Shown here one piece after another: positions 27,523 to 38,788 of a stretch of 64,000 nucleotides of DNA. The notes below the pieces were generated by a model. That model searched no databases, was not told where the DNA came from, and was given only the letters and a program-made list of their open reading frames with translations. A program made the translations under genes and the position numbers. Positions within the stretch are counted from its first letter, which is position 1. Every line of letters starts with the position of its first letter. This DNA comes from Acidobacteriota bacterium (GTDB lineage Bacteria; Acidobacteriota; Thermoanaerobaculia; Multivoradales; UBA5704): positions 32,001-96,000 of the forward strand of contig JBDTZG010000011.1 of assembly GCA_040005235.1 (NCBI GenBank), in the 5' to 3' direction.

Positions 27523-28101
27523 ATGAACGCGAAGCCGCTCCTCCACTCTCTTTCCGAGCCGCTGCCCGCAACCGGGATTCGCACCCTGCGCGCCCGGCTC
27601 GATCGGTGGGATCGCCATCTGCTCCTCGGCGTCTGCCGTTTTCATTCGCGGCTGGCGACGCGGATCCTTTCCGCTCTCACCCGCCTCGGCGATCCGGCCA
27701 GCTGGATGGTCGTCTGCCTAGTGCTCGCGGGCTCGGGCGCCGAGGGTCGAAAGAGCGCCGCTCTTCTTGCGGAAGCGGCGATCGGCGCCCTTGCCCTCTC
27801 GCAGATTTTGAAGCGGCTGTGGAACCGGCCGCGTCCGGCGGCCTCGGGGCTCCAAGGGTTCTCGGCCCTGATCGAAAGCCCGGACGCCTTTTCCTTTCCC
27901 TCCGGTCACACCGCCGTGGCGTTCGCGATCGCCGTGGCGCTCGCCGGAGCCGGCCAGGGGCTCGGCGCGCTGATGCTCGGCCTCGCCCCGGCTATCGCCA
28001 TCTCCCGGGTCTATCTCGGCGCCCACTACCCGCTCGACGTCCTCGCGGGCTCTCTGGTCGGAACGGGAGTCGGGTTGGTCGTGCGGGCGCTCGCGGGCTG
28101 A
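27523..28101 (+). CDS. PAP2-family membrane phosphatase
   Basis: K.LWNRPRP, SFPSGH, SRVYLGAHYPLDV. Confidence 0.93.
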   Translation: MNAKPLLHSLSEPLPATGIRTLRARLDRWDRHLLLGVCRFHSRLATRILSALTRLGDPASWMVVCLVLAGSGAEGRKSAALLAEAAIGALALSQILKRLWNRPRPAASGLQGFSALIESPDAFSFPSGHTAVAFAIAVALAGAGQGLGALMLGLAPAIAISRVYLGAHYPLDVLAGSLVGTGVGLVVRALAG

Positions 28102-28145
28102 GGCGCTCGAAGGCCGGAGACTCTGGTCGTTGGAGATCTGGACAG

Positions 28146-29348
28146 CTAGCGTTCGAACGAGAACGTCTCGGCGTTCGGATGATCCCTTCCCGCCACCTTC
28201 GCGGTGAGGATCTCCGCTGCGATTGCGCTGTAGGTGATTCCGTTGCCGCCGAAGCCGAGCGCAAAAAGGATGCGCGGATCGGCTTTCGGGTGGGCGCCTA
28301 TGTAGGCCAAGCCGTCTTCGGTCTCGGCAAAGGTGCCCGCCCAGGAGTAGGCAGGCTTCATCGGGATGGCCGGAAACATTTTGCGCGCCTGTTCGAACAG
28401 TTTCGCCGCGGTTTTCGGCACCAGGGCGTCACGGAGCGCCGGGTTGCGAAACCGCCGGTCCATTCCTCCGATCAGCACGCGGTCGTCCCCGGTCGTTCGC
28501 AGGTAGAAGTAGGGTCGCGCCGATTCCCAGATCAAGCAGCGCTCGGGCCAGCCGGGAAAGGACTCGACCGGCTCGGTCACCAGCGCATACGTACTATGGA
28601 GGCGAGAAACCTTTCTCGGCAGGAAACGGTCCGCTTCATAGCCGGTCGCCACGACCAGGTGTTTGGTCCGGATGCGACCGCGATTCGTGGCGACCTCAAG
28701 GGCGCCTTTCCTCGCGATCACGCCCGAGGCTTCGGTGCGGCCGTAGAGAGCGAAATCGCGACCGGCGCTCCTGGCGAGAAGCGCTTTCGCCAGGCGCCAG
28801 GGATCGACTTCCGCCGCGGCGGAGCTCCAAAGGGCTCCGGGGACGTCGAAGCCAAGGCGTCGGACTTCTTCGGCGTTCAAGAATTCGCAGGGCAAGCCGG
28901 CGTCGCGGCGGGCCTCGGCTTCTCTCTGCAACGAACGAACGTGACGGCGGCGAGAGGCAAGGTAGAGGCTGGGCCTGCGTTTGAACTGGAGACGTTCGGC
29001 TCCCAACTCTCCCGCCAGGCGGCCGATCGTTTCGACGCCGTCGAGGCACGCCCGATACGCCGCGACGGCCCGCGGCCGGCCGAGGGTTTCGATCAGATCC
29101 GCGAGATGGCGGTCGATTTCATATTGCAACAGGGCGGTCGAAGCCGAGGTCGATCCCTCGCAGGGGTGACGCCGGTCGATGACCAGAACCGACAGACCCG
29201 CGGCGGTCATCGCGTCGGCGATCAACGCGCCGGTAATGCCAGCCCCGATGATCAGGACATCGCAACCGGCATCGCCCGGCAGCTGCGGCGGAACGTCGCC
29301 GATGCCGTTCTTCAGCAGCCAGAAGGCGTGAGGAGAGGTTAGATTCAA
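28146..29348 (-). CDS. FAD-dependent oxidoreductase (DadA/PuuB-like)
   Basis: IIGAGITG, GSTSASTA, VVATGY, GFGGNGIT. Confidence 0.9.
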   Translation of the reverse strand: MNLTSPHAFWLLKNGIGDVPPQLPGDAGCDVLIIGAGITGALIADAMTAAGLSVLVIDRRHPCEGSTSASTALLQYEIDRHLADLIETLGRPRAVAAYRACLDGVETIGRLAGELGAERLQFKRRPSLYLASRRRHVRSLQREAEARRDAGLPCEFLNAEEVRRLGFDVPGALWSSAAAEVDPWRLAKALLARSAGRDFALYGRTEASGVIARKGALEVATNRGRIRTKHLVVATGYEADRFLPRKVSRLHSTYALVTEPVESFPGWPERCLIWESARPYFYLRTTGDDRVLIGGMDRRFRNPALRDALVPKTAAKLFEQARKMFPAIPMKPAYSWAGTFAETEDGLAYIGAHPKADPRILFALGFGGNGITYSAIAAEILTAKVAGRDHPNAETFSFER

Positions 29349-29536
29349 AAGTCGCTCGGTCTATAGAGGCTTTAAGAGACGGCGTACCACGGCGGAAAAA
29401 AGAGACGCCCTGACGGCTCACCGGGGAGTACGGTTTTGACGTAGGACGTCTCGCCCTGCTCTGGACTCTTAAGTCTCGGCCGGTCTAACTGGACTCGGCC
29501 GACGGGTGGTCGTCGTGCTTGCGGCTCGAACGGGGC

Positions 29537-30067
29537 TTACTTACCCTTGGCTCCCGTTTTTGCCGCAAGGTCCTGCGCCATTTTCAGGTGCTCCTTGAGA
29601 GTCGGCAGGGTCGAGGCGGCGAATTTCTTGATGTCCGCGTCTTTGGCGTCCACGCTCTCGGTCTGGAATTCGGCGACGTCCTTCACGTGATCTTCCGCCA
29701 TGTGCTTCATGTACTGGCGGTCGAAATCCGCGGCGGACAGGCCCGCCAACTTTTCTTTCATCGACTTCTGCTCGGGGTTGATGTGACCCGGAAGCTTGAA
29801 GGACTTCGAGTTGGCGAGCGCCTTCAGGCGTTCGTTGGCCTTGCCGTGATCGTCGATCATCCTCTGACCAAATGCTTTTACATCCGGGCTCGACGCCTTT
29901 TCGACCGCCAGATGGCCCATCGCCACTTCGGCCATACCACCTTGCGCAGCTGCGCGAAGAAACTTCTGGTCGTCGGCCATCAGGCCGCTCTTGGCGAACG
30001 CTGCACCGGTGAGAACCACAGCCGCCCCGAGGGCGGTCATGATCATTTTCTGAGCTCGATTTCGCAT
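29537..30067 (-). CDS. DUF4142-family exported protein
   Basis: Signal peptide; DQKFLRAAAQGGMAEV...VKAFGQRMIDDHGKAN...FDRQY...DH...LPTLKEHL. Confidence 0.88.
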   Translation of the reverse strand: MRNRAQKMIMTALGAAVVLTGAAFAKSGLMADDQKFLRAAAQGGMAEVAMGHLAVEKASSPDVKAFGQRMIDDHGKANERLKALANSKSFKLPGHINPEQKSMKEKLAGLSAADFDRQYMKHMAEDHVKDVAEFQTESVDAKDADIKKFAASTLPTLKEHLKMAQDLAAKTGAKGK

Positions 30068-30303
30068 GGATGACTTGCCTCCTTAGGAATCCCGGAAACC
30101 GCAAGAAGAATGCCATCGCGAGAGGGGTGAGGAGCGGGCCTCTTCCTCGGAAGATCCTGCGGCGGCGGCGGGACCCTCTCGGCAGGAAATTCCAGGGCCC
30201 CGGCAAGGGTCGATGCAGCGGGTCTCGTCCACAGTCGGCCGATCGGCATGAAGGGTGCAGTCGCCCCCCGTGGATTGTTGCGGATTGTTAAGGAGGCGTG
30301 CGC

Positions 30304-33006
30304 ATGGCACTGGAGGAGTATCGCCGCAAGCGTCGATTCGATCGAACGCCGGAGCCCGGTGGAAAAGTCGGCTCTAAGACTCAAGCGCAAGCGGGGCGAT
30401 TCGTGATTCAGAAGCACGACGCCACCCGGCTGCACTACGACTTCCGCCTCGAAAGCGACGGCGTGCTCAAGAGCTGGGCGGTGCCGAAAGGTCCATCGCT
30501 CGATCCCACGGAGCGCCGGCTGGCGGTCGAGGTGGAGGATCACCCGCTCGAATACGGCTCGTTTGAAGGCATCATTCCCGAGGGCGAATACGGCGGCGGC
30601 ACGGTCGAAGTCTGGGATGAGGGCCGCTGGCAGCCGAGGGGAGATCCGGCCGAAGGGTTTCGCAAAGGGCATCTCAAGTTCCAGCTCGACGGCGAGAAGC
30701 TTCAAGGCGGCTGGAACTTGGTGCGCCTCAAAGGCGACGAGAAGAAACCCAACTGGCTGCTGATCAAGGAAAACGACGCGACGGCCCGGCCGCACGCCGA
30801 AGGCGACATTTTGGAGGAGCGGCCGGAGAGCGTCGCGAGCGGCCGGACGCTCGACCAGATCGCGAAGGACCCGAAGAAGGTCTGGAGCTCCAAGGGCAAA
30901 GCCGAATCGGTCAAAGCGCCGGTCAAAGCCCCGGCCCCCGCTCCGGCCCCAAAGAAGGCCCCGAAAGAATCCTCGAAAGAGCGGGCTCGCCGAGGCAAGC
31001 TGCCTCCGGCCGTCTCGCCGCAGCTCGCGACACTTGTCGCCGAGCCGCCCGAGGGAGAAGGCTGGTTGTTCGAGATCAAGCTCGACGGGTACCGCATCCT
31101 GGCCGCGGCGGGCGGCGGGAAGGTGCAATTGACCTCGCGCAACGGCAAAGATTGGACCGATCGTTTTCCCACGATCGCCGAAGCGGTCGGTCGCCTGGAC
31201 GCCGAGTCCGTCCTGCTCGACGGCGAGGTGGTCGCCCTCGACGACGAAGGGCGCTCGTCGTTTCAACGGCTGCAGAACGCCCTGAGGGCCGACCGCACGG
31301 CGAACCTGGCCTATTTCGTCTTCGACCTGTTGCATCTGAACGGCAAGGATCTGACCGGGCGGCCGCTCGTCGAACGCAAGGAAGCCCTGCGCGGGCTGTT
31401 GACGTCGGCCGGCGAGGAGACCCTCCGCTACAACGATCACGTCGAAGAAAAAGGCGCGGCGTTCTTCAAGCAGGCGTGCGACCTCGGGATCGAAGGCATC
31501 GTGGCGAAACAGGGCGAGGCGCCGTATCGAACCGGACGGGGCGCGGGCTGGCTCAAGATCAAATGCCTCGGCCGTCAAGAGGTGGTGATCGGCGGATTCA
31601 CCGCCCCCAAGGGCTCGCGATCCGATCTAGGGGCGCTGCTGGTCGGCACCTATCGCGAAAAGGAGCTCCAATTCGCCGGCAAGGTAGGGACCGGTTTCAA
31701 TGACGAAACGCTCGCCGACCTGGCCCGACGCCTGAAGCCGTTGATCCGGAAGACCTCCCCCTTCGTCGACCCGCCCAAGGGAGCCGAAGCGCGCGAGGTC
31801 ACCTGGGTCGATCCCAAACTGGTGGCCGAGGTGGCTTTCACCGAATGGACCGACGACGGACGGATGAGACATCCCTCGTTCCAGGGCCTGCGAGAAGACA
31901 AGACGGCCGCCGAGGTCAAGCGGGAGGTGGAGTCGCCGGTCCCGACTCCTGGCAACGCCGCGAAAAAGGCCCCGGCAAAACCCGCTGCGAAGACCGCTGA
32001 GAAACCCGCGGCAAAATCCGTGGCGAAACCCCCGGCGGCCAAGACTCCTGGGGCCAAGGCGCCTGCGAAGAAGACCGCCCCGGCCCCCAAGCCGGCTCCC
32101 GTTTTGGCGAAGGGCGACGCCGACGTGGCCGGAGTCCGTTTGAGTCATCCGGATCGCGTGCTCTACCCGGAGCAGGGGGTGACCAAGCTCGATCTCGCCC
32201 GGTACTACCAGGCGGTCGAGGAGTGGATTCTTCCCCACGTCGCCAAGCGCCCCCTGACGCTCGTTCGCTGTCCCGAGGGCCGCAAGAAGGCGTGCTTTTA
32301 CCAGAAGCATTTCCGCGACGGGATGCCGAGCTCGATCCGCTCCGTGCCGATCCACGAAGAGGGAGGCGCCAAGGAGCCGTACCTCTACGTCGACGATCTG
32401 GCCGGCCTCGTCGGCCTGGTCCAGTTCGGTGTCCTGGAACTGCACGGCTGGGGCGCCTTGATCGACGACGTCGAGCGCCCGGACCGCCTGGTCTTCGATC
32501 TCGACCCCGACCCTGCGGTCGCTTGGGCGCAGGTGGTCGAAACGGCGGAGCTGGTGCGCGGCGGCCTTTCCGACCTGGGCCTCGAAACGTTCGTCCAGAC
32601 CACTGGTGGCAAGGGTCTCCACGTCGTGGCGCCGCTCCAGCGCGGCCGGCCCTGGGCGGAGGTGAAGGATTTCGCCCAAGCCTTCGCGGAGCGGCTGGTC
32701 GGCATCGCCCCCGACCGCTTCGTCAGCAAGGCTTCGAAAGCGGCCCGGACGGGGAAGATCTTCACCGACTGGCTGCGCAACGCGCGCGGCGCCACGGCGA
32801 TTGCTCCCTACTCCAGCCGGGCCCGCGAGGGAGCCACGGTCGCGACACCGCTTAGGTGGAACGAGCTGAAGAAGGTATCCCCGGGCGACTTCACGGTTGC
32901 CACGGTCCCGGGCCGCCTCGCTAAGCTCAAGAAGGACCCGTGGGAAGGATTCTGGAAAACCCGCCAGACGATCCGGGCGGAGGCGTTGCGCGCGCTGGGC
33001 TTGTAG
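30304..33006 (+). CDS. ligD: NHEJ DNA ligase D (phosphoesterase-ligase-polymerase)
   Basis: PE domain QKHDATRLHYDFRLE; ligase EIKLDGYR and EGIVAK; polymerase FDLDP, TTGGKGLH, RNARGAT. Confidence 0.95.
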   Translation: MALEEYRRKRRFDRTPEPGGKVGSKTQAQAGRFVIQKHDATRLHYDFRLESDGVLKSWAVPKGPSLDPTERRLAVEVEDHPLEYGSFEGIIPEGEYGGGTVEVWDEGRWQPRGDPAEGFRKGHLKFQLDGEKLQGGWNLVRLKGDEKKPNWLLIKENDATARPHAEGDILEERPESVASGRTLDQIAKDPKKVWSSKGKAESVKAPVKAPAPAPAPKKAPKESSKERARRGKLPPAVSPQLATLVAEPPEGEGWLFEIKLDGYRILAAAGGGKVQLTSRNGKDWTDRFPTIAEAVGRLDAESVLLDGEVVALDDEGRSSFQRLQNALRADRTANLAYFVFDLLHLNGKDLTGRPLVERKEALRGLLTSAGEETLRYNDHVEEKGAAFFKQACDLGIEGIVAKQGEAPYRTGRGAGWLKIKCLGRQEVVIGGFTAPKGSRSDLGALLVGTYREKELQFAGKVGTGFNDETLADLARRLKPLIRKTSPFVDPPKGAEAREVTWVDPKLVAEVAFTEWTDDGRMRHPSFQGLREDKTAAEVKREVESPVPTPGNAAKKAPAKPAAKTAEKPAAKSVAKPPAAKTPGAKAPAKKTAPAPKPAPVLAKGDADVAGVRLSHPDRVLYPEQGVTKLDLARYYQAVEEWILPHVAKRPLTLVRCPEGRKKACFYQKHFRDGMPSSIRSVPIHEEGGAKEPYLYVDDLAGLVGLVQFGVLELHGWGALIDDVERPDRLVFDLDPDPAVAWAQVVETAELVRGGLSDLGLETFVQTTGGKGLHVVAPLQRGRPWAEVKDFAQAFAERLVGIAPDRFVSKASKAARTGKIFTDWLRNARGATAIAPYSSRAREGATVATPLRWNELKKVSPGDFTVATVPGRLAKLKKDPWEGFWKTRQTIRAEALRALGL

Positions 33007-33041
33007 CGGATTCGCCTGTCAAATCCGATGCTGCTTGACGG

Positions 33042-34718
33042 TCAGTGCTTCGCCTCAGTAGCCTCAACAGTCCCGTCGCCCGCGAGGGCTTGGTCCACGA
33101 TCTCCTGCGCTTCCTCAAGAATGCGGCGCAGGTGATCCGGCCCACGAAAGCTTTCCGCGTAAATCTTGTAGATGTCTTCGGTGCCCGAAGGTCGCGCGGC
33201 GAACCAGCCGCCGTCCGCTACGACTTTCACCCCGCCGATCGGCGCATCGTTGCCAGGGGCACGGCTGAGAACGCTTCGGATCGTCTCGCCGGCGAGCTGG
33301 GTGCAGCTCAGCTGTTCCGGCGAGAGGGCGGCCAGGCGCCGCTTCTGGTCGGGATTGGCGGGCGCCTCGATCCGGTCGAAGAACGGTTCGCCAAGCTCGT
33401 GCGTCAGCTCGACGTAGATCTCGCCGGGATCGCGTCCCGCGCGGGCGGTGATCTCCGCCGCCAACAGCGCCAGGACGATGCCATCCTTTTCCGTCGTCCA
33501 GACCGTGCCGTCGCGGCGCAGGAACGATGCCCCCGCGCTCTCTTCGCCGCCGAAGCCGAGCGATCCGTCGAACAGACCGTCGACGAACCATTTGAATCCG
33601 ACCGGGACCTCGTAGAGCTTGCGGTGTAATTTCGCGGTCACCCGATCGATCAACCCGCTGCTCACCACGGTCTTGCCCACCGCCGCGTGCTCGGGCCATT
33701 GCGACCGATGCGAAAAAAGGTGATCGATTGCGACCGAGAGGTAATGATTGGGCGGCAGCAGCCCTGCGCTTCGGGTGACGATCCCATGCCGGTCGTGGTC
33801 CGTGTCGCAAGCGAAGGCGACATCGAAGCGATCTTTCAGCTCGATCAATGGTTGCATCGCGTAGGCCGACGACGGGTCCATTCGAATACGTCCGTCCCAA
33901 TCCACCGCCATGAAGCCGAACGTCGGATCGACGGTCTCGCGGACCACCGTGAGGTCAAGTCCGTAACGCTCGGCGATCGGAGCCCAATAGTGGACTCCCG
34001 CCCCGCCCAGCGGATCGACGCCCAGCCGCAGGCTCGCGCCGCGGATCGCCTCCATATCGACGACCCCGCCGAGATCGTCCACATAAGGGTGAAGAAAGTC
34101 GTGGCGATGAGTCGTCGCGGCGCGGAGCGCGCGCTCGATGGGTATTCGCTTCACGCCCTCAAGGCGACGCTCTAGAAACTCGTTGGCCCGCGCCTCGATC
34201 CAGCGGGTGACCTCGGCTTCCGCCGGCCCCCCGTTCGGCGGGTTGTACTTGAACCCTCCGTCCTCCGGCGGATTGTGCGAAGGCGTGACGACGATGCCGT
34301 CCGCCCAACCGGTGGTCCGCCCCCGGTTGTAAGCGAGGATCGCATGGGAGACCACGGGAGTCGGCGTGTACTCGTCGTCCTTGGCCAGCATGACATCCAC
34401 GCCGTTGGCGGCCAGCACCTCCAGCGCACTCTGGCCGGCCGGCAAGGACAACGCATGCGTGTCGAGCCCAAGAAACAACGGCCCGTCGATCGCATGCTGC
34501 GCACGGTAAAGGCATATCGCCTGAGCGATCGCCAGGACGTGCCATTCGTTGAAGGTTCCGAGGTACGACGAGCCCCGATGCCCCGAGGTGCCGAACGCGA
34601 CGCGCTGAGCGGCAATCGCGGCATCGGGCACCTCGGTGTAATAGGCATCGACGAGCCGGGGCACGTCGACCCACATCGCGGCCGGAGCCGGCTTGCCGGC
34701 GAGAGGACTGATTTTCAT
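33042..34718 (-). CDS. pgm: Phosphoglucomutase
   Basis: [41 protein letters not shown]. Confidence 0.96.
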   Translation of the reverse strand: MKISPLAGKPAPAAMWVDVPRLVDAYYTEVPDAAIAAQRVAFGTSGHRGSSYLGTFNEWHVLAIAQAICLYRAQHAIDGPLFLGLDTHALSLPAGQSALEVLAANGVDVMLAKDDEYTPTPVVSHAILAYNRGRTTGWADGIVVTPSHNPPEDGGFKYNPPNGGPAEAEVTRWIEARANEFLERRLEGVKRIPIERALRAATTHRHDFLHPYVDDLGGVVDMEAIRGASLRLGVDPLGGAGVHYWAPIAERYGLDLTVVRETVDPTFGFMAVDWDGRIRMDPSSAYAMQPLIELKDRFDVAFACDTDHDRHGIVTRSAGLLPPNHYLSVAIDHLFSHRSQWPEHAAVGKTVVSSGLIDRVTAKLHRKLYEVPVGFKWFVDGLFDGSLGFGGEESAGASFLRRDGTVWTTEKDGIVLALLAAEITARAGRDPGEIYVELTHELGEPFFDRIEAPANPDQKRRLAALSPEQLSCTQLAGETIRSVLSRAPGNDAPIGGVKVVADGGWFAARPSGTEDIYKIYAESFRGPDHLRRILEEAQEIVDQALAGDGTVEATEAKH

Positions 34719-34766
34719 TGCGCCTGTGGCTGGAACCGGCCGGTCGAGTCTCGATCGGCCGCGGAT

Positions 34767-35027
34767 CTACGCCGACAACTGTTTGACGATCTTGTCCCAG
34801 GTGTCGGCATGCACCGCTTTACGCGTCAGAACATTGCCCAGCGACCCGGTGTCGTCGTTGGCGCTCTGAACGCCTTGGTCGAGGTTCTCCAAGTCCAGGT
34901 ATTCCTCTCCGTACGCGAGGCTCGCGGCCGTTTCCGCGGTACTGACGCTCGCCACCTCGTCGTCGGAGAGCAGCTTCAGGATCGCTTCGCGGGTGATGTA
35001 TGCGGCCTTTAGATCGGTGTCGCTCAT
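34767..35027 (-). CDS. Small acidic hypothetical protein
   Basis: ATG 35027 after GGAGA; fills the gap between xfp and pgm with normal codon usage. Confidence 0.7.
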   Translation of the reverse strand: MSDTDLKAAYITREAILKLLSDDEVASVSTAETAASLAYGEEYLDLENLDQGVQSANDDTGSLGNVLTRKAVHADTWDKIVKQLSA

Positions 35028-35174
35028 GTCGGTCTCCAATCGGTCTAGCGTTCAGAGGCCTTCGGCGCAAGAACAGTGCCACCGCGATGGGTCGGCGGCC
35101 AGCTCACCGCCGGAAGATCGTGCGGCCGAAGGGGGAGGAGCTGCGGCAGGAAGTGCGATCCAGGATCGGCGATC

Positions 35175-37583
35175 TCATTTAGCGGTTCTTTCCCAGACCC
35201 AGTTCCGAACTTCCGGCAGATCCTGGCCGTTCTCGCAGATGAAGGCCCTGTGCTCGGCCAGTTTGGCGCGGAGGCGCTCCTGAAGCGCGACGCCTGGGGC
35301 GCCGGTCTGGGGCAGGCGATCGATGGTGTCGATCACCAGGTGGAAACGGTCGATGTCGTTCATCACCGTCATGTCGAACGGGGTTGTGATCGTCCCCTCT
35401 TCTTTGTAGCCCCGGACGTGGAGGTTGTCGTGGTTGGTGCGCCGATAGGTGAGCCGGTGAACCAGCCAAGGATAGGCGTGGAAGGCGAAGATGACCGGCT
35501 TATCCTTCGTGAACAAGGCATCGAACTTCTCGTCCGAGAGGCCGTGCGGGTGCTCCGAGGGGGGCTGGAGCTTCATCAGGTCGACGACGTTGACCACCCG
35601 AATTTTGAGCTCGGGCAGGTGCTCGCGAAGGATAGAAACGGCGGCGAGGGTTTCGAGCGTCGGCACGTCGCCGCAGCAGGCCATCACCACGTCGGGTTCG
35701 CCGCCTTGATCGCTGCTCGCCCAATCCCAGATGCCGATTCCTTGGGCGCAGTGCTTGTCGGCCGCTTCGATCGACAGCCATTGCGGCGAGGGGTGCTTGC
35801 CCGCGATCACCACGTTCACGTAGTGGCGGCTTCTCAGGCAGTGATCCATCACCGACAGCAGGCAATTGGCGTCGGGCGGAAAATAGACCCGCACCACCTC
35901 GGCTTTCTTGTTGACGACGAGGTCGACGAACCCCGGGTCCTGGTGGGTGAAGCCGTTGTGATCCTGGCGCCAGACGTGCGAGGCGAGCAGGTAGTTGAGC
36001 GAGGCAATTTTCTTGCGCCAGGGCAGGCGAGAGCTCACCGCCAGCCATTTGGCGTGCTGGTTGAACATCGAGTCGACGATGTGGATGAACGCCTCGTAAC
36101 AATTGAATAGACCGTGGCGGCCGGTGAGCAGATAACCTTCGAGCCAGCCCTCGCATTGGTGCTCGCTCAACATTTCCATTACGCGGCCGGTTTTGGCCAG
36201 GTGCTCGTCGTCCGGCACCGTCTCCGCTTCCCACTGCCGTTCGGTCACCTCAAACAGAGCTTCGAGACCGTTGGAAAGGGTTTCGTCCGGACCGAAGACG
36301 CGGAAGTTTCTTTGCGGTTCGTTCAGTTTCGTCACGTCACGCAGGAAGCGCCCCAGAACGTGGGTGTCGCCGATGCCTCGCACCCCCGGCTGGGGAACGT
36401 CGACCGCATAGGCCCGATAGTCCGGCATCGCCAGGTCCTTGAGCAGCAGGCCGCCGTTCGCCTGGGGATTGGCGCCCATCCGCCGGCTGCCCTGGGGCGC
36501 CAGCGCGGCCAGCTCGGGTCTCAAGCGACCTTCCTCGTCGAACAGCTCTTCCGGCCGGTAGCTTTTGAGCCACTCTTCCAGCTGCGCAAGGTGCTCGGGG
36601 TGGACGGCCGGATCGGAGAGCGGCACCTGGTGCGAACGAAACGAGCCTTCGATCTTCTTGCCGTCGATCGTCTTGGGTCCCGTCCACCCCTTGGGCGAGG
36701 CGAGCACGATCATCGGCCAGCAGGGCCGCTTCCGAGCGCCATCGGCGCGCGCTCCCTGTTGAATCGCGTGGATATGCTCGATCGCCTGGTCGAGCGCGGC
36801 GGCCATCGCTTCGTGCATCGGCCCGGGCTCTTCGCCTTCGACGAACAGGGGCGCCCAGCCGTAGCCGCGGAGCAGCTGCTCCAGCTCCTCTCTGGGGATG
36901 CGCGCGAACAGCGTCGGGTTCGCGATCTTGAATCCGTTCAGATGAAGGATCGGCAGAACCGCGCCATCGGTCGCCGGATCGAGAAACTTGTTCGAATGCC
37001 AGGCGGTCGCGAGCGGCCCGGTCTCCGCCTCGCCGTCGCCGATCACGCAGGCGACGACCAGCTCGGGATTGTCGAACGCCGCGCCGAACGCGTGGCTGAG
37101 CGAATAGCCCAGCTCTCCCCCTTCATGGATGGACCCCGGGCACTCGGGCGAAGCGTGGCTAGGGATGCCGCCGGGAAACGAAAACTGCTTGAACAGCTTC
37201 TTCAAGCCCGCCTCGTCCTGGCTGATGTCGGGATAGACCTCGCTGTAGGTGCCTTCGAGATACGTATGGCCGACGACCGCCGGCCCGCCGTGCCCGGGGC
37301 CGCAGATGTAGATCATGTCGAGGTCGTATTTTTGGATCACCCGGTTCAAGTGAACGTAAATGAAGTTCTGCCCTGGGGTCGTCCCCCAATGGCCGATCAA
37401 CATCCGTTTCACGTCGGCGAGCGCCAACGGCCGGCGGAGCAGCGGATTGTCGCGCAGATAGATCTGACCGACCGAAAGATAATTCGCGGCGCGCCAGTAG
37501 GCATCCATTTTGTCGATAAGATCGGGGGCGATAAGATCGGGGGCGGCGATCTGGGGTTCGAGCGTCGGGGTATTGCTGCTCAT
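35175..37583 (-). CDS. xfp: Phosphoketolase (X5P/F6P)
   Basis: [50 protein letters not shown]. Confidence 0.96.
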   Translation of the reverse strand: MSSNTPTLEPQIAAPDLIAPDLIDKMDAYWRAANYLSVGQIYLRDNPLLRRPLALADVKRMLIGHWGTTPGQNFIYVHLNRVIQKYDLDMIYICGPGHGGPAVVGHTYLEGTYSEVYPDISQDEAGLKKLFKQFSFPGGIPSHASPECPGSIHEGGELGYSLSHAFGAAFDNPELVVACVIGDGEAETGPLATAWHSNKFLDPATDGAVLPILHLNGFKIANPTLFARIPREELEQLLRGYGWAPLFVEGEEPGPMHEAMAAALDQAIEHIHAIQQGARADGARKRPCWPMIVLASPKGWTGPKTIDGKKIEGSFRSHQVPLSDPAVHPEHLAQLEEWLKSYRPEELFDEEGRLRPELAALAPQGSRRMGANPQANGGLLLKDLAMPDYRAYAVDVPQPGVRGIGDTHVLGRFLRDVTKLNEPQRNFRVFGPDETLSNGLEALFEVTERQWEAETVPDDEHLAKTGRVMEMLSEHQCEGWLEGYLLTGRHGLFNCYEAFIHIVDSMFNQHAKWLAVSSRLPWRKKIASLNYLLASHVWRQDHNGFTHQDPGFVDLVVNKKAEVVRVYFPPDANCLLSVMDHCLRSRHYVNVVIAGKHPSPQWLSIEAADKHCAQGIGIWDWASSDQGGEPDVVMACCGDVPTLETLAAVSILREHLPELKIRVVNVVDLMKLQPPSEHPHGLSDEKFDALFTKDKPVIFAFHAYPWLVHRLTYRRTNHDNLHVRGYKEEGTITTPFDMTVMNDIDRFHLVIDTIDRLPQTGAPGVALQERLRAKLAEHRAFICENGQDLPEVRNWVWERTAK

Positions 37584-38785
37584 CGGGTCACCTCTTTATC
37601 GGAACCGAAGACCAGGCGCTCGACCGAGCGCGCGATCATCAGCTCCTCGTCCGTATGGATCACGCGGACCTTAACCCACGAATCTTTGACCGAAATCAAA
37701 CCCTCTCCCTCGGCGTTCTTCGCGGGGTCCAATGCGAGCCCCACAAATCCGAGCCGCTCGCAGATCCGGGCACGGATGGGCGGCGCGTTTTCGCCGATCC
37801 CCCCCGCGAACACCAGCGTGTCCAGCCCGCCCAGAGCCGCGGTGAACGCGCCGATCCCTTTGCTCGCCTGATAGCAGAACATCTCGACCGCTTCGGCCGC
37901 CCGCGGGTCCGTCGCCTCCTTGTCGAGCAATTCCCGCATGTCCGAGCTGATCTCCGAAACGCCGAGCAGGCCGGATTCCGCGTTCACCATTCCGTGAAAG
38001 CTCTCGGCATTCATGCCTTCGGTCCGCGCAAGGTAGCCCACGAGCCCGGGGTCCAGATCGCCGGAGCGGGTCCCCATCGGCAGCCCCCCCGTGGGAGTGA
38101 ATCCCATGGTCGTATCGATGCTCTGGCCCTTTCGGACGGCGGCCAAGGAAGCGCCGTTGCCCAAATGGGCCAGGACCACCCGGCCGCCAGTGGCCGCCGG
38201 GTCGCCGAGCCGCGCCAGCTCCTCGATCAAATAGGCGTAGGAGAGCCCGTGAAAACCGTAGCGCTCGACCCCCGCCGCAAAGTAGCGGCGCGGAATGGGA
38301 AGCATCCGCGCGACCGGCGGCAGCGTGCGGTGAAACGCGGTGTCGAAACAGGCGACCTGCACAAGACCCGGAAAACGCTCGCCGAAGATCCGGATCAGCT
38401 CGATCTCGGCCGGCATGTGCTCGGGATCGAACGGGCTGATGCGTTCAAGATCGTCTAACAATCCGTCCGTCACCACCTCGGGCTCGCTGTGGCGCATCCC
38501 GTGGACCACCCGATGCCCGACGGCGCGGAGCGAAGCGAAGGCGCCGCGCTTCTCCAGAGCATCGATCAGAAAAGTCGCCGCGGCGCGGTGATCCGCCCTT
38601 TCGAGGCTCAAGCGCTCCGGCGGAGATCCGGGCCGCCCATCGAATGCGAGCGCGGTACCCGGCAGACCGATCCGGTCGATCTTGCCGGAGAGTTGCCGTT
38701 CCAAGGGGTCGCCGACCTGGTAGAGCGCGAACCGGAGGCTCGACGAGCCGCCGTTCAGGGCGAGGAGGTGGGGTGCAGGCTCCAT
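37580..38785 (-). CDS. ackA: Acetate/propionate kinase
   Basis: [46 protein letters not shown]. Confidence 0.95.
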   Translation of the reverse strand: MEPAPHLLALNGGSSSLRFALYQVGDPLERQLSGKIDRIGLPGTALAFDGRPGSPPERLSLERADHRAAATFLIDALEKRGAFASLRAVGHRVVHGMRHSEPEVVTDGLLDDLERISPFDPEHMPAEIELIRIFGERFPGLVQVACFDTAFHRTLPPVARMLPIPRRYFAAGVERYGFHGLSYAYLIEELARLGDPAATGGRVVLAHLGNGASLAAVRKGQSIDTTMGFTPTGGLPMGTRSGDLDPGLVGYLARTEGMNAESFHGMVNAESGLLGVSEISSDMRELLDKEATDPRAAEAVEMFCYQASKGIGAFTAALGGLDTLVFAGGIGENAPPIRARICERLGFVGLALDPAKNAEGEGLISVKDSWVKVRVIHTDEELMIARSVERLVFGSDKEVTR

Positions 38786-38788
38786 GCG

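Noticed and set aside
37515-37556. 15-bp duplication near the xfp 5' end; also 9-bp repeats near 21810 and the duplicated LAALA-N segment at 49445-49540
   Set aside because: Short in-frame slippage in termini or linkers with no sign of function.
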